Below are positions 38,901 to 50,900 of a stretch of DNA of 54,762 nucleotides, one piece after another. Origin of the DNA: Nemertoderma westbladi (taxonomy: Eukaryota; Animalia; Xenacoelomorpha). The stretch spans positions 1-54,762 of the forward strand of contig JAUCBJ010005616.1 of assembly GCA_032718475.1 (NCBI GenBank). Direction: 5' to 3'. The position numbers were made by a program, and so were the translations under genes. Under the pieces are notes generated by a model. The model did not search any database, was not told where the DNA came from, and worked only from the letters and a program-made list of their open reading frames with translations. How positions within the stretch are numbered: position 1 is the first letter of the stretch; every line of letters begins with the position of its first letter.

Positions 38901-41900
38901 TTACGCAGTTTTTTAAAGCTAGCCAGAGTCCTTTTCTCTTTGGGGCGAGCCACTTTACAAGGAGGGCTATAACTCCTGGGTGAAGGGTGCAATATGATTG
39001 CATCAGAGGGTGTAGAATTATGGTCGGTGTATCCGCCAGTCGAAGTGCCGGGTTGATTGACATCAACGTCGGGGGAGAGGGGTCTAACGGCTTTGAGAGC
39101 GCGTTTTAAGACAGCCGCTCTTACGGGTCCTTTACGAGTGGTCTGAACGAGGGCCGTGGGTGGACTATAGGCAGCTAGAAACCTCCGGGGTTTAATGGTC
39201 CTTTCCAACTCGCGTTCACGGGCTCGGTATTCGTAAGGCCGTCGATATACTTCCTGTAACTCGATATGCGTGATTTCTGTTCGACAGAAGCGAATAGATA
39301 AGGATGGAACGCATAAATTCCTTCGTAAGCGCGTCCAGGATAATAGCGATGGCGCGAATCACGATGTAAATCAGCCTTCGCTTCCCAAGCTCTAATGTAA
39401 CGTAGTGTGATCATTTCATCTACGCTTTCCAAATCGCGATTAAAAGGGCAATCGAAACTGGCGTGTCCCTTTAGTTGACAATGGTGACATTGAGTCATAA
39501 ATTGAGGGCAAACCGCAAAAACGTGCAAATTATTAAATCTGCAATACGCGCAATAGATTTCCATCGCCGGTTGTTCGTGGAAATAGGAACAGCGGACGTT
39601 TGTGTCCATGGGCGTAACATGGTCTCTCGATGCGCATAACCAACAACGTTGCCGAGAAACATAGTTGGCATGGCGATAATCGTACGCAGTGAGACACTGT
39701 GGACCTTGATACCATTCTAGGATGTAATCGTTGTCGCTGTTCCGAGCGCGATAGGCTGAATCTCCTCAGATTCTAGGCATATTGGTTCGTCTTCCCAGTC
39801 TGTTAAGAATAGAATTTTCGTGATCTATTCTCGGTTTATCGTTACGACGCCGCTGGGTATGATATTTAAATAGAACCATTTCCCTTTCGGTGTCTACATC
39901 GTCCGTATCATGTAAATCGATAGGATGGCCGGTAGTTAGGAGGTCCATATACGTATTATTACGATGTGTATAGCGAGCGGTGAATTTTCGATAGTCCAAT
40001 TCACGCGTAAGTTGCTCTTGGGACGTCGGCGGTTCGATATAACGACCATCGTCCTCCGTAATGGTTGGATCGGTTTCACCGCGTATCAAGCTATCCACAA
40101 ATGCTTGTAAAGGTAGAGTATATCGCTCCCTGATACCAAGATCATCTTCTATCAACTCCGTCATATCTGCTATCTGAGTTTGTTAATATCGAAATGAGTT
40201 TATGTTTAGGCGAGCGGACGTCGCTGCCTACCTCTCTTTGCCCCCGGACAGTGGGATCCTCAGCGCCGATGTACCGTTGTCGCGGTGTTTACGCCAACAT
40301 GTAGCAACAGTACGACAACGATAACCGGCACAAGTCACTCCACTGTCCGTCCCAAAGGCTTGAATCCACTTTAGGTTCTTTCTATAGGAGAGTTGGGTTA
40401 CTTTCACAATTGCGACTAGCTACTGTAAACACACCTTAGCAGTAACATTCACCTACAAACGCACAAATTCCACACAACTGTCACCAATTGTACACATACA
40501 GGCCATTTGTCCGTTAGTCAGTGCCTTCCAGAATGTCACGTTATTACTGTGTATCCTTGGATACTAACAGTGTGCTATATTCTCTATGCTATGCAATGGG
40601 ACAAGCTTTCTATTGTTCTTTTAACTTGCTTCTAATTCTAGCGTGGGTGTTGCTATGGTGACATTATGGAATGCTAGCGGTAGAATTAGGGTAATTCTCA
40701 TGCATACAGATCTGGGATGCTATTTAATAATAATTCTTTAATTGTCAATATCCTCTTTATGCATGATTTTATTAATTTTATTGGCTATTGACTATATGTC
40801 GGAGATTCTCGCACTCTAATACACTCAATAGGATGAATCTCCGCTCCCATGATCTATTAATTAATGGAATTTTTGGGAATGTTATAAATTGTACAAAATG
40901 ACAATTTATGAAATTCATTTAAAATATGAATTTAAATTTATTCCCGTGAATTTTATTATTTGATGTTAAAATTGACACAATTTGATTCCAGAGCAGGTCT
41001 GGGAACATAGGATCCTTAATTCTATGAAATTTGTCTTTTAAGAGTATCGGTAAGTGCTGCGATATCTTAATTGACTAGAAATTTAAGGGATCTGAATTTT
41101 ACAGATTTTAATAAATATTAAATTAATATTTAAGATGGGCACCGATTTATTCCAGAACTTGTCTGGGGACGTTAACCACTGATTCTAGAATTTGTCTTTC
41201 AAGTATATCGGTGGGTGCCGCGATATCTTAATCGACTAGAATTACAGATGGTCAAAAGGTTTAACAGATTTATTTGCGTTTTACGCTACTGTTATATGGA
41301 CATCACGCTACTATATGTATTATTTAATATAAGGTAGGAGAGCAATATCGCACGAAGCAATGTCAGTGTGAAGAGGCAAGTCGTTTCCAAGGTCTACCCA
41401 GAGCTTGGCTTAGCCGAGACACGAGGATCTGAACTTTGCATTCCTAATACTCTGCCTACCGATAATACTTGAATATAGTAGTGGCTTTATTGTACTTTAA
41501 TAAGTACGGACATGTCATCTTACTGTAGTCACGTATTTATAATATGATACGGACAGTAAGGAAAGAGAAAAAATAATTATTTCTCGCCGTCGCACTAAAT
41601 ATATATTATAAGTAATTACATACGTAATAAACACTAATATATTGCACTAATCTACTAAATAATCACTAAAATAACATTCTACTAAATAAAATTAAAGAAA
41701 ACGATTATAATAAAATTACATAATAATACATACATAAATATAAAATAAAAACAAATATAAAATGATATAGTCACACGCCCACTCCACATGCTATCACGTT
41801 ATGGAGTCCCTAGATATTTGTCGGATTAGGGAAGTAGTCGTAGGAAGAGTATCTTGCCTTCCATAGTTTCCGGACAGTTTTCGGTCTCTTTCCAGTAAAC

Positions 41901-44900
41901 ATAAACGACTAGCTGGGCGATTGAGTTGTTGTGTTACTTTCTCCGCTCCCTTGGCCTGTCTAATCTCAGCCGTGGTAAGATGAGGAGGCCATTCTTCTTC
42001 TTTACTTAAGAAGTCGGATCCACCTAACCAGCCTGGAGTATCTATCATTTCTTGAGGAGTTGCTCCTCTGGAAGCAATGTCAGCTGGATTAATCGTCCCA
42101 AGGCAATGTCTCCATAGATCTACGTTGGAGTTAATATCGTCATTATCTGAGGAGTATGGTGTTCCCTCAGTTGGATCGTCCACATCACTGCTCTCCACTT
42201 CCCTTTCCTTTACTTGGTATACCTGTTGTTGAGGTAATCTCTCTTTGAGAGTTCTACGGGAAGGGCCAGTGAAGTACCAACCTACTCTAGTTCTTACCGC
42301 ATAAGTTTGTAATGGCTGTGGTTGAGCAGGCCGTTTCTCTAATGTTTCGAGCGCCTCGTGCGCGTTTTGGCCGATGAGTATTTGCACTCCAGGATAATCT
42401 GTCTGGAATCGAGGTATCTTAAGATGTTGGATGCTCTCATCTTCGTCCCAATTATAAAGGTCTGCTTGAGTAGTAGCAAAGTTCTTTATAGCCACCATTT
42501 TTACTGACCTTATACCTTGTGTTCCTAACTTATCCTGGGGGGTGGACAACACACCTACATAGTAATCTGCCGTTAGGGTAGATTTCCAAACCTGCATAAT
42601 TCCTGACATATTCAATTTAGTCCGGAACTTGGGTTGTCCAGCAAAGATATCTTCGGCTAGTTCTTGATCGATGAATGTTCCTGTGCTGCCGGAGTCAAGT
42701 AGGGCGTTCACTATGTAACTCTTGTTGAGACCATGAACTCGAACTTGCACTACAGGAAATTCTCTTATTCCTATGTTGGAAGTTGGAACTTTCCAAGATG
42801 GTTGTTTGTCAAAAGGAGTTGGAGTAAACTCGTCAGTGTCCTTTTCATCCGTAAGTGCTCGATACACTGTGGTATTTATTAGATAACAGGATTCGTTGGC
42901 ATCGGAGAATTCGTCTGTATAGAATCCTTCCCACTCAGAACCTTGGTCAGTGTCGTTCACATCACTGAATTGGACATGTAGTTCGGGCTCACTTACCTGA
43001 CTCGGGTTGTCTCGTTCGAACTCACTGTGTAACAAGATGTGATGTTTCGCGCCACACTTTGCACACTTTACGTCGGAGTAACAGGTTCGCCGTTGGTGTC
43101 CTGATCTGAGGCAATTATAGCATAACCGCTTATTCCACAGGACTGTACGTCTGTCTACAGGGGATTTCTTTAGAAATTCAGCACACGCACTCAAACGGTG
43201 GGGCCCGTCGCACAGCGCACATTTTGGTTTGATGTTACTCACCTTACCTTGGGTAACGTTATGCACTCTCGTTCTTTCTTCGGGCTTTCTTCCGTGAATT
43301 CTCTTAGGAGACGTAGGAGGAGTTGTTGTTACCTGTTCTCTCCTGTCACTGATTCGAGACTTGTATTTACTTACGTCTTTATAGGTCTTGTTATCATAGT
43401 AAGATTTTGCTGTGTCTTTCCCGCTGTCCTCTTCTTGAGAAGCTTGGCTTTCGCCGTCGTCAGTATAACACACTGGTATTATCCTTCTCCTAGAAACGGG
43501 TTTCTCACTTACCTTATTTTCCGATGTTTTCTCTCTGGACTGCCTTATGAGTTGTAATTTTACTTCACTATCTAAGAAGGACATGAGATCAGCCATGGTA
43601 GGACTTCGTCGTTGTTGTTCATTCATGTACAACACTTTCTTGTCCCAGCGTGTACATACTCCACCCTTTGGTAAAGTAGAGACTACGGCTCCAATAACCA
43701 TGGAACTCTGATATTCATGCGACTTACCTAACCAGTCCAGTTGTCTACAGATTTCCTGAATTTCATCAGAAAACTCTATAATCCCGCTACTAAGGAAGTG
43801 TCGAGGGGCTACTAATTTTGCATACAAATACTTAGCTATGTTATCCTTGTTACCATACCTGATGTTTAATGTATCCCAAACTTGTCTTAATCCTTCTGGA
43901 TGTCCAATAAACTTTAACGCCATTAACTTGGGAGGTCCTTCCAAGCACTTGATGAGGAACCTAAGTTTCTCTCCGTTAGATAGCACAGAGTTCTGTATGC
44001 TGTCTTTGTAATATTCGTTGAAAGGTAACCATTTCATCTCATCTCCATTGAATTTGACGATCTCTCCCACTTTGACCGCTTGGCGGGCTTCTGTTCTAGC
44101 CATCTGACGCGTAAAGCTTTCTTGGGCCATCGTGTTATTTAATATCGAATTATCGGTATATAAAGTTCTCGGATCATTATCAGGTCTATAGGGAATATCA
44201 TTAATAACAGGTCTATAATCACCCTTAATAGGGTTTGCTATAGGAGTTTCAACTTCACTAGCAGTATAGATGCGTGTAGGCTCCACACCTTGCGCATGTA
44301 ATACTTCAGACCTAACAGGTTGACACAATGTTACAGGGGGTATTGGTATGCCCTTTTGTATATTGACTAATTTGTCGCGTTCTAGCGCGATACTTTGCTG
44401 CACTTCTTGCAACTCTGCTCTACCTTCCCTCACTGTTCCCTTAAGTTGGTGGACAGTCTCCTGCATCTGTCCTAGCAGGAGATTCATCCCCCGCCGTCCC
44501 TCTTCCACCCACTCAACCGCCGAAGCGGGAGTCGCCAACATAGTAGCGGGCTGACGCGGGACGACGGGAGACAAATTTTTGATTTCTCTCTCTGCTATCT
44601 GGACAGGGATATTCTCTTGGACTGTTCTACCGGGTACAGGCAGTGTAGTACTATGCAAAGGGAATTTAGAGTTAAGCTCTGGAAGTACAGGGGTCCCTAA
44701 CACAGAAGTGACTTTGGGAACGACAGGCCTAATTATTTCAGGCTCATCAACTATAGTAGGGAGTCCTTTGACCTTAATAATTTGGGCTGTAGGTTCTATA
44801 CTACTCAAGTCTGTGCTAGCTAGCTGTCTTCTAACAGCTGGGGGCAAATCAGGCAATTTGCGACGGTAAGATGTTTTTCTATGCCTACTTAGATGAGATC

Positions 44901-47900
44901 TATTTCCTCCGCCTTCAGGATCGGTGGTCTCGCCTTCCTCCGAGGATGTGTATCCCTGGCGCTTGGGAGTAGATTTTCTCATCATCTGCATTTGATTAGC
45001 AGTAAACTGTTTATTTATACTGTCTTGCGTCTCTTGCAGATTTTCCAACTCCAGTTGGATAGTCTCCTCAGACGCTCTCCGTTCTGCTTCTGCCACTGTT
45101 GCCTTTCTTTCGGCTTCCGCCGCTTTTCTTTCGGCTTCTGCTTCTGCCGCTTTTGCCTTTCTTTCGGCTTCTGCTTCTTTTCTTTCTGCTTCTGCTTCCG
45201 CCGCCGCTGCTGCTGCTACCTTTCTTCTCTCTATCAGTTCTTTCTTTACTTGTTCTTCTCGGACTCTAATGAGGCGGAGTTTTTCATCACATTCAGCTTG
45301 GTTTGCAGCTAACATTTCGGCATCGATTGAGTCCAACACAAGCTTGGTTCCTTCACTATTAGGGGAAAGTCCAGACAGCCGTCTCCTCAACTCTTCGTCT
45401 CCTAGGAATCGCTGATAGTCGGACAAATAAATGTCGATAGCGTCTCTAGTTCGCGGCTTCTCTGCTGATGTTAATTCGCTTTCCACCTCACTTTCCACTT
45501 CGCTTTCCACCTCACTTTCCACTTGAGAAGAAGTGGCGTCGGTTGATTCTTCATAGGTTGGCCGCTCATCATAAACCGTATCCGCCATCTTCGCTCCGCG
45601 TTCGGGCGTCCGCTCAACAGTATCCGAACTACTGGAGCTATCGGGCCGCTGAGAACTAGGTTCTTGGCTAGGAGGTTGCTGCTGTTTTATAGCTTCTTCT
45701 TGATCCCGCTTGACTTGGGCCCGAATGCCTATGGCAGACCAACGGCGCTTCACTAACTTCGCAAATTGCGAAATCCTTTCTACCAACCTAGGTTCTGACA
45801 CAACCACTGCAGGGGTTGCCCTTCTTACAGTATGAGGGGTTTCAGACCTCGGTCTGGGATTCTCTACACTTTGATCTGAGAAACAGGCTGTTGTTTCTAG
45901 GAGACTATCTGACAGAGTTTGCCTTGTGTCAGCCATGTTTGATTGTACAGTCGAATGCCTACTGCTATATTACAGTTAAAGCAAGTCTAGTAATTCAGTA
46001 TCACTGTTAGCCTAATAATTAATTACCGATACTGCTACTCAGTGTAGCGTGATATATATATAATATATTAGAATACCGGTATGCTTATAATATATATATA
46101 AGTATTATTACAGACTAGATTTGTCACAGAGTACCGGTATATAATTTTAGCACAAATGTATATAAATATATAATAGGCCTATCGTGAATACCGGTATACA
46201 GCTGACACTTATAGTATATATAAGTATAATTATTACTAGAATTAATTACAGAATACCGGTATGATTTCAGCTCAAATTTATAGAAATAAATATAATAAGC
46301 CTATGGTAAATACCGGTATGTCAATTATTTTAGAATAATTGAATTTCTGAATATTTTAGGGTTACTTGGTTACTTTAACTTACTTTATTACCGTTATTTA
46401 AGCAGCAGTCCAACTGATATTGAGACCTAGTTGTTGTATGGCAGGCCTACTATTTATAAATCGTTTGAGTTGATTTATAATATTTATATACCCGTTTAAA
46501 AGGGTTTTGTCAATATTTGAAATAAATGTTATTATTTCTGGGGGAGTCACTACACAGAAGCTGTGCGCTCTCAGTGAAGTGCTACCTATGGGACACTAAA
46601 ACAGATAATTCTAATTTACCTAAGTTACTTAATACTACAAATTACTTACGATATGGGTGAGATTAATTCTCTAATTAAACACAACAAAATATTACGTACG
46701 AATTTTTTAGGGTAATTTTACAGGAAGTCTACAAACCAGCCTAACAAGGGTTAGAATTCTGGTTATTACAATGGACAGGGTACTACGGTATTTGAAAATA
46801 ATAAGTAGTAGTAAATACACTGCGTTGTCCAGATATGAAAATACCACCGCCTGACGACCTATAACCGTATCGCTATAGGTACTACGTTATGTATCACGGA
46901 TTGTTCCTACCCAGTAGTTAATAGAGCTAACGAATGTGCCTATCAACCACTTTACAACACAAATATACTGCCTACACACTAATTACTTCGGAAAGCACTG
47001 TACACTAAACCCTAAATTAGGTACAAGTACTGGTATAACAAATAATCAGCAGTTAAATATACTTGAACAGTTAAAAGAACTACGGCATCTGCTGGAGTGA
47101 CCGAAGCACAAAGTCACCAGTCTTTACCTACGCCAAGCAGCCCGTGTAGTACCGGGGTTAATTTAACTATAACGGTATGTGTAACAAACACAATTACTGT
47201 AGGAATAAACTTGGGGACATGAATGTTGCGAATAATCGCATAAACTCTGAATAATAAATATTACGCTACCCGTACAGAATACTCAAACAAAATACAGACC
47301 AAATGCTGGCAGACTACCACCATGCCTAAATAAACTACTGTATGTGCAGATTCCAAAACGGTTAGTTAGTATGCGTTCTAACACGGTAGTACGACTTATT
47401 CTTTAAGAGGGGATTGACCTTACAGTTATGACTGCCCCAACTTACTAACTAGCACTTTATCAGACAAACTCTACACAAGCAGCAATCTCTTCAGACCTAA
47501 TAATAGCTAGACAACAATCCAGCCTACAAAATATCTGAGTAATAACTATTACGGTACCTGAACAGACCACACAAACAAACACAGGCCAAAACGCTGGCAG
47601 ACTACGATCAAGCCTAAATAAACTACAGTATATGCAGATTCTGAAATAGTTAGTTAGTATGCGTTCTAACACGGTAGTACGACTTATTCTTTAAGAGGGG
47701 ATTGACCTTGCAGCATATGGCTGCCCCAACTTACTAACGGCACTCTATCAGACAAACTCTACACACGCCGTAATCTCTCCAAACTCAACAACAATCCGAC
47801 AACAGTCTGGCCTACAATTATCTGAACAATCTGAGCAGACTTACACGTCTTCAGCTCAATATTAACTTACTAGGAAATAAAACTGACAGAAATAAGTAAA

Positions 47901-50900
47901 CTATACAAAAGAATGAGGGGTGATCAATCCCTATTCCCCTGGCAGCCTACAATATACAATAGATCACAATCGAAATAATACTAATGTACTTATACTGGAA
48001 GTACCGGTTAGGACAGTTGGGCCTACGGACCTACAGAAGTACCGGTTCTGGCAGTTGGACCTACGGACCTACAGCAGTACCGGTTCTGGCAGTTGGGCCT
48101 ACTGACCTACAGAAGTACCGGTTCAGGTTTACCGGTCGACCGGTACTTTCAACTTTATTGCTTACTGCAATAAAGTCAATGACTGTTATTGTACGCGCTT
48201 TTGAAGACCTTTAGCAGTTTAACCTGCCAAAATTTATATGTCTTTTGATTTATAAATATACTTTAGAAGATGACAAATATTTAATACCAATAAACACAAC
48301 ATTAGCAGAAGCCAGCCTAGTGCGCGTCCATTCACCCGCTGGATAATCCCGGGAGACTGGATTCTGTCGGCTTAGATTATTATTGCAGTGAAGCTTACGG
48401 TATTGTATTATTCGATTGATCGTTAATAATTAATTTCTGACTAATATTATTCACTTTCGGGAAATATTAACAGTTCCTTTTAGGACGTGGCGCTCTATCT
48501 AAGTAAACAGAGATATGACTTATACCAATCACAACGGTAAGTCGGTAAGGCTTATGATTCACGTATGAGGCGCATTCTTTAGGAAATGCTTAGTTATCAG
48601 CCACAATCATGCACACTACCGGTAACGCACAATACTGCTCACTAATTTGCCGACCGTCAATGAATTTTATCATATATAAAGAGAATAGCAACGGACTCAT
48701 GTAGGGCTTATCAAATAGCATTAAATTCAATACACACCACAATAATATAAGTCGCAATCGCTATATATATAACCCGCCTCTCTAACCTGTAGTGTATCAA
48801 GAAAATTGGGAAATTTGGGTTCTTTATAAATGTTCTCCAAATAATATTCAATCCACTGATATAAGATATGACAACAGTAAAAACATTAAGACGGTAGGTT
48901 AAGATATGATATGAACCGATATGTACAGTGATATGCACTGATATGGACCGATATGTGAGTTGTTATGAACCGTGAATTGATATGTGAATTGATAACAGTC
49001 ATACGCTCTATAATCTTAAGCCTACTAATGTTTCTTTCTAGAGCCGTTGTTTCTGGCTTAGACAGCAATAACAACAAAGTATCAGTAAAAAACTGTAAGA
49101 CTGAACAATCCCAGTATGATCGGCTCAAAGCTCCACATCGACAGAGAGAATCGCTCTGATTGGCTGAAGCCAAACAAAGAACCATGCGTCCAATGGCTGT
49201 TTCCATTTAAGCAACCGGCTGTTAGATGTCGTAATCTGAATCATCACGGCTAAGCTGTGTAAAAGTATTTGCCGTATTGCGGGTTTTTTGCCTTACCATG
49301 TCCGCTAAAACACGTATATAGCAGAATGACTTTTATGTCCGTTAAAACACCTGTAACGGTACCTTGCGGGCGAGGGGAATATATATACAGTTAGAGAACC
49401 TTTTTTAGAGTATTCCAGCGCCTGGGGGGAAACTGGATTGCGAAGCAAAGGGGCCAGTTATATCCCACAGAAGCTTTTACACCATGTATTCACATTTTTT
49501 TCTTACAGACACACAACCTCCGATGTATCCCTGTATTCACATTCTTGTCTTACAGACACACAACCTCCGATGTATCCCTGTATTCACCTTTTTGTCTTAC
49601 AGACACACAACCTCCGATGTATCCATGTATTCACATTTTTTTCTTACAGACACACAACCTCCGATGTATCCCTGTATTCACATTCTTGTCTTACAGACAC
49701 ACAACCTCCGATGTATCCCTGTATTCACCTTTTTGTCTTACAGACACACAACCTCCGATGTATCCCTGTATTCACATTTTTGTCTTACAGACACACAAAC
49801 TCCGATGTATCCATGTATTCACCTTTTTTGTCTTACAGACACACAACCTCCGATGTATCCCTGTATTCACATTTTTGTCTTACAGACACACAACCTCCGA
49901 TGTATCCCTGTATTCACATTCTTGTCTTACAGACACACAACCTCCGATGTATCCATGTATTCACATTTTTGTCTTACAGACACACAACCTCCGATGTATC
50001 CCTGTATTCACATTTTTGTCTTACAGACACACAACCTCCGATGTATCCATGTATTCACATTCTTGTCTTACAGACACACAACCTCCGATGTATCCCTGTA
50101 TTCACCTTTTTGTCTTACAGACACACAACCTCCGATGTATCCCTGTATTCACATTTTTGTCTTACAGACACACAACCTCCGATGTATCCCTGTATTCACA
50201 TTCTTGTCTTACAGACACACAACCTCCGATGTATCCATGTATTCACATTCTTGTCTTACAGACACACAACCTCCGATGTATCCCTGTATTCACCTTTTTG
50301 TCTTACAGACACACAACCTCCGATGTATCCCTGTATTCACATTTTTGTCTTACAGACACACAACCTCCGATGTATCCATGTATTCACATTTTTGTCTTAC
50401 AGACACACAACCTCCGATGTATCCCTGTATTCACATTTTTGTCTTACAGACACACAACCTCCGATGTATCCCTGTATTCACCTTTTTGTCTTACAGACAC
50501 ACAACCTCCGATGTATCCCTGTATTCACCTTTTTGTCTTACAGACACACAACCTCCGATGTATCCTTGTATTCACATTTTTGTCTTACAGACACACAACC
50601 TCCGATGTATCCCTGTATTCACCTTTTTGTCTTACAGACACACAACCTCCGATGTATCCCTGTATTCACCTTTTTGTCTTACAGACACACAACCTCCGAT
50701 GTATCCTTGTATTCACATTTTTGTCTTACAGACACACAACCTCCGATGTATCCCTGTATTCACCTTTTTGTCTTACAGACACACAACCTCCGAAGTATCC
50801 CTGTATTCACATTCTTGTCTTACAGACACACAACCTCCGATGTATCCCTGTATTCACGTTTTTGTCTTACAGACACACAACCTCCGATGTATCCCTGTAT

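Larger units (their letters stand above)
37506..49481 (-). mobile_element. BEL/Pao LTR retrotransposon, non-autonomous, 11,976 bp
   Basis: 1292-bp TG...CA LTRs at 37506-38797 and 48190-49481. 5-bp TSD CCATG at 37501-37505 and 49482-49486. BEL-type gag with three zinc knuckles. Confidence 0.95.

Noticed and set aside
43198-46010. Plus-strand ORFs antisense to gag
   Set aside because: These are shadow frames of the long coding sequence.
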